Notes: generated by a model not told the origin, from the sequence alone. A DNA stretch of 64,000 bases from Nitrosopumilus sp. (GCA_965205425.1 CBDBGZ010000004.1:249682-313681); one strand, 5' to 3'. Shown: positions 12,598-22,735, numbered from the stretch's first letter. Program-made: numbers and translations.

Positions 12598-12737
12598 TTG
12601 AATAATTTGAGAATTGACTTAAAAATTAGAATTAGTTATGCCCATGTCTCATGTATTTAAAGAAAACGTAGAAAAGAAGCTACTTTTTAAAATTAGAGTC
12701 AAAATACACTATTATTTCCTAGAAATTTGACATCATC

Positions 12738-13427
12738 TTAATTTTGGTCGTTATTTGCAGATCTTTGTATCTGAAATTTCTTTCTAAACAGGAAAGCAGA
12801 CATCATAGTTCCAACAAAGGGAGCAGTCCAATAAAGCCAAAGATTTTCAAATGCTCCAGACAATAATGCAGGAGCTAGTGCCCTAGCAGGATTCATAGAT
12901 GCGCCTGAGATAAAGGCCAAAAACAAAATATCCAATCCAACTATTCCTCCAATTGCAACACCACTAAACCCTTTGAGACCTTTGGTATACACAACATAGA
13001 AAATTACACCCATCAACATTGCAGAAGCTAGTACTTCAACTGAAAAAATTACAAATAGTGAAAAATCAGGGTTCGGTGCATTTGCTCCAAGATTTACTTT
13101 GTTTCCAATGAATGTTAAAATAAAAAGAGAACCCAATAACGCACCAATAATTTCTGCTGCAAAATAATATACTACTTGAATTTTTGAAATATGACCAGTT
13201 ATGTAATAACCAATAGTAACTGCAGGATTGAAATGTGCCAAAGAGATTTTTCCAAATGAATAAACACCAATAAGTAATGCAATGAATGGAGCAAGAGCTG
13301 CAAATGGAATTCCCAATTTACCATCAAAGACTTCAGCATCATAAACTATCGAACCTGTTGCAAAAATTACAAGAATAAAAGTTCCAACTAACTCTACTGT
13401 AAAAATTTGTAAATTAGAATATGCCAT
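12738..13427 (-). CDS. MIP/aquaporin-family channel in the arsenic cluster
   Basis: Two NPA motifs (HFNPAVT, SMNPARA), six hydrophobic segments, coupled to arsC. Confidence 0.93.
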   Translation of the reverse strand: MAYSNLQIFTVELVGTFILVIFATGSIVYDAEVFDGKLGIPFAALAPFIALLIGVYSFGKISLAHFNPAVTIGYYITGHISKIQVVYYFAAEIIGALLGSLFILTFIGNKVNLGANAPNPDFSLFVIFSVEVLASAMLMGVIFYVVYTKGLKGFSGVAIGGIVGLDILFLAFISGASMNPARALAPALLSGAFENLWLYWTAPFVGTMMSAFLFRKKFQIQRSANNDQN

Positions 13428-13834
13428 TAATTTGTATCCTCAAGAGTTTTGATCAAACTAAGAACTTTAGATTTTATTTTATCTCTAATTGCTCTTACTT
13501 CATCAATAGATTTTTCTTTTGGATCAGAAATATTCCAATCTAAAACATCTTTTACAAATAGTGAAGGACATGATTCTTTATCCATACATCCCATGTTGAC
13601 AGTTTTAGAAGAATTTTCAATCATCGAATCAGACAATATCTTTGGTTGTTGAGTCACCATATCAACTCCAATCTCTTTCATTGCCTCAATCACAGTAGGA
13701 TTAAGTTGTGAAGAGGGAGTGGTGCCTGCACTAGAAACGTTGAATCTATCTGGAGCATATTTTCTAAAAAAGGCTTCAGCCATTTGGCTTCTACCTGCAT
13801 TTTCTACGCACACAAACAGTATATTTTCAGTCAT
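13427..13834 (-). CDS. arsC: Arsenate reductase, LMW-PTP type
   Basis: LFVCVENAGRSQMAE P-loop, MGC...CP, WNISDP. Confidence 0.9.
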   Translation of the reverse strand: MTENILFVCVENAGRSQMAEAFFRKYAPDRFNVSSAGTTPSSQLNPTVIEAMKEIGVDMVTQQPKILSDSMIENSSKTVNMGCMDKESCPSLFVKDVLDWNISDPKEKSIDEVRAIRDKIKSKVLSLIKTLEDTN

Positions 13835-13880
13835 TTTACTAATATCACATAAATATTAGTTTATATAAATTTAAATTGAT

Positions 13881-14180
13881 ATGAATGGTGTCAGTCTCTT
13901 AAAATGTATTTGTGATGAAACACGTTTTGAGATTTTAGAATTACTACAAAAAAACAAAGAACTCTGTGTAAATGACTTTGTAGAAAAATTAAAAAAAGAC
14001 CAACCACTAGTGTCACACCATCTAAAGACATTGAAAAAATGTAGAATAGTCAAATCAAGAGATGAAGGTAAAAAAGCAATGTACACAATTACAAATAATC
14101 AATTATCAGAATTAATTTCAGTAGTAACTAAAACAAGTAAAAGGATTCCAGTTTTATGTTCAGATGACAAGTGTTGTTAG
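13881..14180 (+). CDS. arsR: ArsR/SmtB-family regulator
   Basis: ELCVND, VSHHLKTLK winged helix, C-terminal CC; divergent from arsC. Confidence 0.85.
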   Translation: MNGVSLLKCICDETRFEILELLQKNKELCVNDFVEKLKKDQPLVSHHLKTLKKCRIVKSRDEGKKAMYTITNNQLSELISVVTKTSKRIPVLCSDDKCC

Positions 14181-14479
14181 AATTTTTCAGTTCGTACTAC
14201 GCCAACATTACTAACATAAAGAACAATTGCAAAGTTTGCAAATAAAGTTCGTGAAATTTCCTCTACAACATCTTGTAGTTTTTCCTCACGCATAATTACT
14301 TCAACTTTAACATTTTTTTCAGTTTTTAAACCTTGACCACGAAATCCTCGTGCACCATTACCATCAACCTCATATGTGGTATATCCAGTAATTTCATGTT
14401 TTTTAAGAATCTCAATGATATTTTCTTGTGCTAAAATCTCACAAGTTATTGTAAGTAGTTTAACATTATACAGTTTCAC
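14177..14479 (-). CDS. sbtB: PII-like regulator SbtB
   Basis: TGYT..EVDGNGARG and NVKVEVI motifs; overlaps the sbtA stop. Confidence 0.85.
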   Translation of the reverse strand: MKLYNVKLLTITCEILAQENIIEILKKHEITGYTTYEVDGNGARGFRGQGLKTEKNVKVEVIMREEKLQDVVEEISRTLFANFAIVLYVSNVGVVRTEKF

Positions 14480-15561
14480 AGAAATACCTCAGTAATGTAA
14501 TTGAATAAGTCTATCGTTCCTTCTCCAGAATGAACAAGTGTGGAGATGGTAAACAAAATAGGCAATGTGACAATGATGTTAAATGGGAATGTTATCCCCA
14601 GAGCAGATGTAATGTATAGACTTGGTTTCGCTTCAGGAATTGCATGTCGTAAAACTGCTGGTGCTGCAATAAATGAAGCACTAGCCATGAGTAATCCAAA
14701 CATGACTGCACCACCCACGCTCATCCCTAATGCAGTTGAAACTAAAACCCCAATTATTCCATTAAACAAAGGTATGATTATCGCAAAAGAAGTAAGAAAA
14801 ATACCAACTTTTTTGATATCGTCAAGTCGTTGACCAGCAATTATTCCCATTTCAATCATGAAAATTACGATTGCTCCAGTAAACATATCGTCAAATACAA
14901 TCTTAATGGATTCAAAACCTTCTTCTCCAATTATGTAACCAATCACAATACTACCAAGTAAAATTACAATTGCTTTTCCAGTAATGGATTCACACAATAC
15001 TTTTGAAAGTTTTATCTTAGTTTGGTTTAATCCAACATCAATATCAGTAGTGTTGTCATCAGAGAAAGATTGTTTCTTCTGACGGATTTGCTTTGCTACT
15101 GCCATATTTGTCATAAAGATTGCTAAAATGAAAGCAAGAGGTTCTAACACTGCAAGAATTGCTGCAATGTATCCTTCTGAAGTAACTCCTTGATTTTTCA
15201 AAAACGATAGACCAACAGAGAAATGAACTGCACCAACTGCACCATAAGTAGATGCTAAAGCATATGAATCAAAAAGATTGAACTTTCCAAGTCTTCGTAA
15301 AATTTGATAGTGATTTAGTGTAAACAACAAAGATAAACCGATTGCAACTAACATTGGAATTAACATATTTTCAAATCCAGTATTTCTCATCTCTATTCCG
15401 CCATGCAATCCAATTGCAGCAAGAAGATAGATAGGTAAGAATTCAGAAATAGCTTCAGGGATTTTTAAATCAGATTTTATTCTAGCTGCAATGATTCCAA
15501 ACAGAAAGAATAGAATTATAGGAGTTAGTAGATTTGCCTGAATTAATTGTAGTATGTCCAT
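14476..15561 (-). CDS. sbtA: Na+-dependent bicarbonate transporter, SbtA family
   Basis: KSDLKIP, YLLAAIGLHGG, ASASFIAAPA and SALGITFPFN motifs. Confidence 0.9.
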   Translation of the reverse strand: MDILQLIQANLLTPIILFFLFGIIAARIKSDLKIPEAISEFLPIYLLAAIGLHGGIEMRNTGFENMLIPMLVAIGLSLLFTLNHYQILRRLGKFNLFDSYALASTYGAVGAVHFSVGLSFLKNQGVTSEGYIAAILAVLEPLAFILAIFMTNMAVAKQIRQKKQSFSDDNTTDIDVGLNQTKIKLSKVLCESITGKAIVILLGSIVIGYIIGEEGFESIKIVFDDMFTGAIVIFMIEMGIIAGQRLDDIKKVGIFLTSFAIIIPLFNGIIGVLVSTALGMSVGGAVMFGLLMASASFIAAPAVLRHAIPEAKPSLYITSALGITFPFNIIVTLPILFTISTLVHSGEGTIDLFNYITEVFL

Positions 15562-15613
15562 TTAATGTTTCAAAAAATTTTTGCTGAAATAAAAACCAAG
15601 GTATTATTGAAAA

Positions 15614-16600
15614 TCAAACAAATAGATGAATCAGATAAGTAAATCCAATTCCCATTGCTGCAGCACCAGGGATTGTAATAATCCAGGAAAATACAATCTG
15701 CCTACTAACCTTCCATCTTACCGCACGTTTTCTACGAGCAGCACCTGAACCCATTATGGTACCTGTAATTGCGTGCGTAGTACTTGCAGGAATACCAAAT
15801 ACTGCAAATATTGCCAACATCAATCCACCACTCGTTTCAGCAGCAAATCCTTGATAGGGTTTGAGTCTTGTAATTTTGACACCCAGTGTTTTGATTACTT
15901 TGTAACCACCAAAGAAAGTACCAAGACCCATGGCAGTTGCGGCTGCAAAGATTACCCATAAGGGCATTTCAAGATCTGGAACCATTCCTGCTGAAAACAA
16001 AATTAAAACAATAATCCCCATTGTTTTTTGTCCATCATTTGCACCATGAGTTAAGGCAAACCAAGCTGAAGAAATAATTTGTAATCTACCAAATGTTTTG
16101 TTTACAGGCCCAGGTTTACGACTTGCAAATATTGTAATAATTAAAGTTGTTACTAGAAGACCAAAAATTATTCCTCCAATCGGAGCAATAACAATTCCTG
16201 CAAAAACTTTTGTTAAACCACCATAAACTAATTTTTCAAATCCTAATCCTGCAATACCAGCACCCATTATTCCTCCAATTAAAGAATGACTGTTTGAAAT
16301 TGGTAATCCAAAATAGGTACACAAAGTACTCCATCCAATTGCACCTGCCAGACCACCTACAATCATGTATACTGTAATGTCATCAGGGCTAACAATCCCT
16401 TTTGCAATAGTTGCTGCAACAGCAACACCAAAAACAAATGGGCCAATGAAATTCATTGCGGCAGATAGTCCTACAGCATGTATTGGTTTTAGAACACGAG
16501 TTCCAATTACAGTAGCAACAGAATTTGCAGAATCATTAAATCCATTTACAAAATCAAAGATTAATGCTACAATAATGGCACCTATTGCTATTTCTAACAT
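15614..16600 (-). CDS. PiT-family inorganic phosphate transporter
   Basis: NGFNDSAN, HGANDGQK and PASTTH motifs. Confidence 0.95.
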   Translation of the reverse strand: MLEIAIGAIIVALIFDFVNGFNDSANSVATVIGTRVLKPIHAVGLSAAMNFIGPFVFGVAVAATIAKGIVSPDDITVYMIVGGLAGAIGWSTLCTYFGLPISNSHSLIGGIMGAGIAGLGFEKLVYGGLTKVFAGIVIAPIGGIIFGLLVTTLIITIFASRKPGPVNKTFGRLQIISSAWFALTHGANDGQKTMGIIVLILFSAGMVPDLEMPLWVIFAAATAMGLGTFFGGYKVIKTLGVKITRLKPYQGFAAETSGGLMLAIFAVFGIPASTTHAITGTIMGSGAARRKRAVRWKVSRQIVFSWIITIPGAAAMGIGFTYLIHLFV

Positions 16601-16609
16601 TTAATCATC

Positions 16610-17239
16610 TCAAGTATATTTCAAAACGATATCTTCGATTACATCTGCAACATCAACGCATCTATCAGATGCAGTCTCCATTGTTTCGTAGATATCTTTT
16701 AGTTTGATGATTTTAATTGCATCATTACTTTCAAAGAGTTCTTTGATTGCTTCTCTATACAAATCATCAACAGTATGCTCAATATCACCAGTATTTCGAC
16801 AATGTTCAATCATGTCTTTTGAATTTTTGATATTTTGTAATTTTGAAATCATGTATTCTACTTCTTTTGTTGCTTTGACTAGTTCTTCTGCCATTTGTTG
16901 AGTATATGCAGGAGGGGTAGTGATTTTGTAACTGTGTACTCTGGCTGCAATTCCATCCATGAAATCTATCACATCATCAATTTTCGAGGCTATTCTTTGC
17001 ATATCTTCACGATCTAGAGGAGTGATGAAGGTTTTGTTTAACTCAGAAAAGATATCACGTGTTAAAACATCTGCTTCAGTTTCAAGTCGATGAATTTTTT
17101 GGACTTGTTCTAAATTATCAAGATTTTCAAATAAAACCACTACGGCTTCAGAGGTTTCAACTGCTTTTTTTGCTAAATTATCAAGAATTGTTAAGAGTTC
17201 TTTTTCATTGGATTTTATCCAAGACAACCATTGTCCCAT
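16610..17239 (-). CDS. DUF47/PhoU-like phosphate transport regulator
   Basis: LETEAD, FITPLDREDM and ETASDRCVDVA motifs; upstream of PiT. Confidence 0.92.
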   Translation of the reverse strand: MGQWLSWIKSNEKELLTILDNLAKKAVETSEAVVVLFENLDNLEQVQKIHRLETEADVLTRDIFSELNKTFITPLDREDMQRIASKIDDVIDFMDGIAARVHSYKITTPPAYTQQMAEELVKATKEVEYMISKLQNIKNSKDMIEHCRNTGDIEHTVDDLYREAIKELFESNDAIKIIKLKDIYETMETASDRCVDVADVIEDIVLKYT

Positions 17240-17383
17240 GATTCATGAATTGCAAATTTGGACATAAGGCTAGTGAACATAATGTCTATTGTTCTATATA
17301 GTGACATGATCAAATCACATATTTTCTTTTGATCGCATTTAGAAATAAAAAATAGTTAAAAAAATAAAAAAATAAAAATTAGT

Positions 17384-18991
17384 TTACTGGGTAGTATATT
17401 CTGAACGCCAGTCTTGTGTGTTTCTAAGATCTTTAGAGCTTGTAGTATTTGCTTTTTCTGATTCAAACATTGTATCATAGACGGGATTGTTAGGATGATA
17501 TCCTAAGCATTCAAAATCAATGATATTTGCTAATGCAAAACCCTTGAAGTAACCATCTTCTTTATCGCGGTCTGATTCAACAACATAATCAGTTACTCTA
17601 CAATCAACATAATTGAAAGTACGTATATTTTTTCCATCTACCATTAATTCAACATCTACCTGGAATAAACTCAAGGTAGGATTGATTCCAGATTGACTTT
17701 GGAGTCTGAGATTTTCATCTATTGCAGAATACAACAAGGGAGTATCATCAACTAATCCTTCAACTACAAAAGTGGGATTTGATCTAGATAATACATCTCC
17801 TTGATCATAGAATGGAAAGTCAACTACTTCTTGTCCATCCTCAAACGTAAAGGTAGTTATGGCATGCACATTTCCAGAAGTTGGAAATTCATGTTGTGGA
17901 AGTTCATTAGAAACAAATGATGTTTTCCAAATAGGAACGTCACTGTCATATAATGATGCTAAATTATCATTTATTGGAGTAAGTCCAGAACAAGTAAATC
18001 CAATTTGATTTACCATTGCAAATCCACTTTTTCCAGTAAATCCATCTTCCTTATCTGCTAATGTAGTAAGTAGTGCAGTATCAACAATACAAGAGCTATA
18101 ATCAAGGGCTCGAAGAGTCTCACCATCTTTGACAAATTCAACTAATGCATCAAAGTCATTGTTGAATGCTACAGTGATACCAGAAACTTGTCTTGATTTA
18201 TCAATTGCTGCATATAGCAAGGGATAATCAGAAATCACACTTTCTACATTAAATTGAGCAGCAACTGTATCGTCATTCTCCGCAAATCCAGAAGTTATTT
18301 CAAAGAATGGAAACTCTATTATCTCAAATCCCCCATCAAACTCAAAAGTGACAAATGTTCGTATATCATTTGCAAATTTGTAGTCAAGAGTACCAAAATC
18401 AGTATATGTTCTTTCAGATACTCGTACAGGGGCAATGTTAGTGCCAACTCCATCTAACCCACCACAATTAAAATCAATTAGATCAACTACAGCAAACCCA
18501 GTCTTAGAAGACATGTAACTTTCTTGATCATCCCGGAGTGTTTTTACTTCATAGTCAGTGACATCACAATTATGATAATTTAGAGTTTTTATCACTTCAC
18601 CATGTTTTACAAAATCAACGTCAACTTCAAAATAACGATAATCATATTCAAAACTTGAACCACCAGTAGTTTGCAGCCTATATTGATATGCTTGATCTAA
18701 TGCTTCATACAAATGAGGGGCATCATTTAACACACCTTCTATTTCAAAGGAGATTCCACTGTTGTCAACAAAATCTTCACCCATTTTAAAAATAGGGAAA
18801 TTATGGATTTCAACACCATCTCTGAAAGTAAATGTTAGAATGGCCTCTATATCATCTGCCATTTTGTATTTAGTTGATTCTTCAATTGCTTTTGCTTCTT
18901 CAGCATATACATTTGAAACTCCAAATGGAATTATTGTGAATAATGCAATAAAGCTAAAAACCATAATATTTTTTATATTTTTACAAGTCAT
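17384..18991 (-). CDS. Secreted protein with three tandem ~150-aa repeats
   Basis: Signal peptide ending VYA; three copies of TFxFxxGxE..FP.F...LYxAxD...V.F...G...L.Y..C.V...D.E....GFA....F.C.G. Confidence 0.85.
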   Translation of the reverse strand: MTCKNIKNIMVFSFIALFTIIPFGVSNVYAEEAKAIEESTKYKMADDIEAILTFTFRDGVEIHNFPIFKMGEDFVDNSGISFEIEGVLNDAPHLYEALDQAYQYRLQTTGGSSFEYDYRYFEVDVDFVKHGEVIKTLNYHNCDVTDYEVKTLRDDQESYMSSKTGFAVVDLIDFNCGGLDGVGTNIAPVRVSERTYTDFGTLDYKFANDIRTFVTFEFDGGFEIIEFPFFEITSGFAENDDTVAAQFNVESVISDYPLLYAAIDKSRQVSGITVAFNNDFDALVEFVKDGETLRALDYSSCIVDTALLTTLADKEDGFTGKSGFAMVNQIGFTCSGLTPINDNLASLYDSDVPIWKTSFVSNELPQHEFPTSGNVHAITTFTFEDGQEVVDFPFYDQGDVLSRSNPTFVVEGLVDDTPLLYSAIDENLRLQSQSGINPTLSLFQVDVELMVDGKNIRTFNYVDCRVTDYVVESDRDKEDGYFKGFALANIIDFECLGYHPNNPVYDTMFESEKANTTSSKDLRNTQDWRSEYTTQ

Positions 18992-19139
18992 TAAATTATA
19001 AATGGATTTTTAGATTATAAATTGAAACATGGTTTTCTATATGTAGAACATATTTCTAGAGGAAGTATAGATTCTATAGACTTGTTTTCTATTTCTATAA
19101 CATGTTTCTAGAAAATAAGAATAGCACAAGGATGAATTT

Positions 19140-20708
19140 CTATTCTTCACAATTTATCAATAGATCTTTGCTTGAATCAATATAACATCTATCAGAGTAA
19201 GAGCCACCATCAATTACATCTGAACCTGAATTAGCATAAATTAAATCACTTCCAGACTGACCCTTTAAGATATCATTTCCAGAATTTCCTTTAATTACAT
19301 CACTGCCTTCATTACCAGAAATAATGTCATCTCCAGGACCTCCAAAAATACAATCGTTTCCTAATCCTCCAGATATCAAATCATTACCAGCCATTCCAAA
19401 TATTAGATCATCTCCATCAGTTCCAGAAATTACATCATCTCCAGATGTTCCTTCGATGAGATTGTAATCAGAATAATTATGACCACATGTCATCACAGTA
19501 ACCCTTTGATTATCAGTAGAACTATGTCCAGCATTATCAAAGGCTATCCAAATTACATTGTTAGATCCAGGTTTGAATCCATCAGGAGCATTATTTACAA
19601 TGATTTTGATTCCACTTGCATCAGTAGCATTTGCATTTCCAATAAATACATCAGTTAGAAAATCTTCTGCTTCTACAACAATTGAATCAGGGGCAATAAT
19701 CACAGGTTTAGTTTGATCTTCTGATGCAGGCCTAACTTCAGGAGGAGCAACATAATAAGACTCTGTAGGTTGTTCAAAAAATTCTGTTTCAAATGATTGT
19801 ATTGCATGAGTTTGAGAATCAAGTACTAGTAATTCACCATTAATTCCAATTGCCAAATCAGTAATATTTTCAAAAACATCATGATATGGACCAATTTGTT
19901 CATCTACACCAAGTCTTAAATCAGTATTTTCAGATAGATGTAAAATTCTATTATTGCCAGAGTTTACAACAAACATATCTCCTAATGGAGAAACAGTAAT
20001 TGCTTCAGGGGCAAATACATAACTTGGGAAATAAAATGGAAAAGATTCTATTAAAACACCATCTGAAGTGAATTTTTCAATTTTTCCATTTCCTTTATCA
20101 GTAACATAAAGATTTCCTTCTTTATCAGAATCAATTCCAATAACATTTAGAAATTGTCCAGGACCTAAACCGCTAGAACCAAATGATGAAACAAATTCAC
20201 CTTCGGTAGAAAATATTTGAATTCTTTGATTTCCAGTATCAACTACATACAGAAGACCATTACTTGCAGTTATTCCATTAGGATAGAAAAATTGTCCTTC
20301 AGCAATTCCTTTTTTACCCCAAGTTTGAATAAATTCTCCATCCAAAGAAAATTTTTGAATACGATTAAGATCACGATCTGCAACAAAAACAGAATCACTA
20401 GTTACTGCAATTCCAGAAGGATTGTAAAAATCACCTAATTGTTTTCCACTATTCCCCCAATGAGTGACATATTCACCACTGCTAGAAAATTTTTGAATAC
20501 GTTTGTTACCAAAATCAGTTACATAGATGCTACCATCTTCACCTACTGCAACAAATTGAGGATGAACAAAATGTCCAGCTTCAGTAGGCCCATATTTACC
20601 CCATTTATGCAATGGATCATAATCACCATATCCAAATGATGTTTGGGCAAAAGAACTAGCTAAAAGGATTCCAGAAAAAATCATCAGTGTAAAAAATAGT
20701 TTCAACAA
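19140..20708 (-). CDS. Secreted NHL-repeat beta-propeller with HYR/Ig-like domain and RTX-type Ca-binding repeats
   Basis: Signal peptide; GxFxxPxGI...YVxDxxNxRIQxF repeats; DQTKPVI..ATD; GGxGxD nonapeptides at the C-terminus. Confidence 0.88.
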   Translation of the reverse strand: MLKLFFTLMIFSGILLASSFAQTSFGYGDYDPLHKWGKYGPTEAGHFVHPQFVAVGEDGSIYVTDFGNKRIQKFSSSGEYVTHWGNSGKQLGDFYNPSGIAVTSDSVFVADRDLNRIQKFSLDGEFIQTWGKKGIAEGQFFYPNGITASNGLLYVVDTGNQRIQIFSTEGEFVSSFGSSGLGPGQFLNVIGIDSDKEGNLYVTDKGNGKIEKFTSDGVLIESFPFYFPSYVFAPEAITVSPLGDMFVVNSGNNRILHLSENTDLRLGVDEQIGPYHDVFENITDLAIGINGELLVLDSQTHAIQSFETEFFEQPTESYYVAPPEVRPASEDQTKPVIIAPDSIVVEAEDFLTDVFIGNANATDASGIKIIVNNAPDGFKPGSNNVIWIAFDNAGHSSTDNQRVTVMTCGHNYSDYNLIEGTSGDDVISGTDGDDLIFGMAGNDLISGGLGNDCIFGGPGDDIISGNEGSDVIKGNSGNDILKGQSGSDLIYANSGSDVIDGGSYSDRCYIDSSKDLLINCEE

Positions 20709-20776
20709 GCATTAGTGGCAAAGTTAGAGAAACATTACCAAGGTTAGTTTATTTTGTAATTATTGTCAACTTTATG

Positions 20777-20880
20777 TCAAAATGGTTTGTTTACTTCACG
20801 CGTAAATACATAGCTTGCCAAGCCAACCATAGCAAGTACAAATGCTGCCAAAATTCCAAGGCTCAAAATGATAGGTATTC
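20777..20880 (-). pseudogene. Severed 3' end of the ABC-2 permease
   Basis: Removing the IS and one TSD continues the permease frame as GIPIILSLGILAAFVLAMVGLASYVFTREVNKPF*. Confidence 0.9.
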
Positions 20881-22045
20881 GAGACATGGGCATAACTAAT
20901 TCTAATTTTTGAGTCAATTCTCAAATTATTCAAATAGAAAAAGCTAAGGATCTTATCATGTTTTGTTCATTGTAATGTCAAAACAAATGAAAATCCCTAG
21001 CAAGATTCTATCGGAATCATTTCTTATTGGTATTTTGTATTTAGTGGGAATGTTGTCTTTGTATGAAGAGATACTGAAACCCGGTAGACCGTACGTATAC
21101 TCTACAATTCTAATGGTACAGCTGTCCATCATAAAGTCATGGATGAGAATTCCAAGCAACAATACATTACATTATTTTCTTTTGACTAAAGGTATCAATG
21201 ATAAATTGCTCAAGGTTTGCAGACTAGCTCAAATTCCAAACAGAAGAACCATTGACAGGAGATTTCAAGTTCTGCCAATTGGTGATATAATCAGTAATAT
21301 GGAAAGTCTGTTTGTATCAGAGAAACTAGTCGATGACATATCTGCATCAGTGGATAGTTCAATGCTAAAAGCTGCAGGTCCAGTATGGCACAAATCAGAT
21401 ATGAAGCAAAACAGACTTCCAATCTCAGGAATTAATACGGATGCAAAATGGGGTTTTTCAAAATCAAAGGGTTGGATATTTGGGTACAAACTGCATATGA
21501 GTTGTAGTACTGGCAAACTGGTTGTTCCACTATCTGCTGATGTCTCAACTGCAAATGTTCATGACGGCAAGATGTATGAAATACTAACTGAATCTCTTGC
21601 AGGATTTGTCGAGAATATCTTATGTGATCCTGCATATGACAATGGTTCACTGCATCAATTTAGCAACAAGAAAAATCTGAGATTAATTACTCCAATAAAA
21701 CAATACCCGCATACGCCACCAGAGAGAATAAAACTCGTAGAGTTTTACAATTCTGTAATTGGTCAAGAGCTGTATGCAGATAGAAAAGTCTCAATTGAAC
21801 CTCTATTTGAGTATCTCAAAGATAATATTTTTGACATCAGAGTATTGCCTGTAAAGGGATTGCACAATGTCAAATCATTTGTAATGATTTGTGTTCTTGT
21901 GTATCAGTTGACAGTTTACTACAACTGTGCAATTGGTGCAGAGAATCCAAGAACCGTAAAGAGAATGCTTTGCTGTTAGGGAATCACTGAGAATTATTTT
22001 TGTAAATAGTTATGCCCAAGTCTCAAATAGTTATGCCCAAGTCTC
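20881..22045 (+). mobile_element. DDE (IS4/IS5/IS982-like) insertion sequence, intact transposase 20963-21979, doubled right end
   Basis: 18-bp TIR GAGAC(A/T)TGGGCATAACTA; 8-bp TSD AGGTATTC (20873-20880, 22046-22053); VDSS, GYKLH, DPAYD, RKVSIEPLF motifs. Confidence 0.93.
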
Positions 22046-22735
22046 AGGTATTCCACCTTCAGATACGCCTGTCATCAATTCTCTAACCAACAAAACGGTA
22101 TAAGTCACAGGATTTAGTTTTGCAATCACTGCAAGCCAGTCAGGAAGTAATTCTAGTGGGAATAACGCAGGACTAAGCATGAACAATGGCATCCCAAGAA
22201 AATTAATCATGCCCCAAAAAATTTCCTGAGATTTTGCAGTTGCTGCAATCATTACAGATATTCCAGAAAAGCCTAATGAAAATAAAATGACAATTGTCAT
22301 GATAGGTGCAATCATTATTGGATTAGGGAAATTAACACCAATAGCTAATGCAATTCCTAAAATCAAACTAGCTTCTAATGCAGCAATTAAAGAGATTGCA
22401 GACATTTTTCCCAATGCAATTGCAGATCGAGATATTGGAGAAGATAGAGCTTTATTCATAAAACCATACCGTCTATCCCATAAAGTATTGACACCGCCAA
22501 AAATACTTGTAAAAATTGCAGTAAGAATAATTACTCCAGGGGCCATAAATTCAATATATTCACCTTCAAATCCAACTGATTGAATCAAAGGTTGAGTTCC
22601 AGAAAAAGTATTACCAATTACTATAATCCAAATTGCAGGTTGGATTAATCTAATTAAAACACCACTGCGAGATTTTTTGTATCTTTTTAGTTCTCTCCAA
22701 AATATTGTGTAAGCATCATATGCTAAAGTGTTCAT
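22031..22735 (-). pseudogene. ABC-2 type permease, truncated by IS
   Basis: DRRYGFM, SPALFP and NPVTY motifs; last four residues and the stop come from the IS end. Confidence 0.9.

Larger units (their letters stand above)
8069..12650 (-). mobile_element. Degenerate DDE (IS4/IS5/IS982-like) element, same type as 20881-22045, hosting three nested IS
   Basis: Ends GAGACTTGGGAATAA (8069) and TAGTTATGCCCATGTCTC (12650). Frameshifted transposase pieces at 8114-8323, 11215-11508 and 11533+. No TSD seen. Confidence 0.88.

Noticed and set aside
8061..12660. TSD for the outer degenerate element
   Set aside because: Flanks ATTTAAAT and ATGTATTT do not match.
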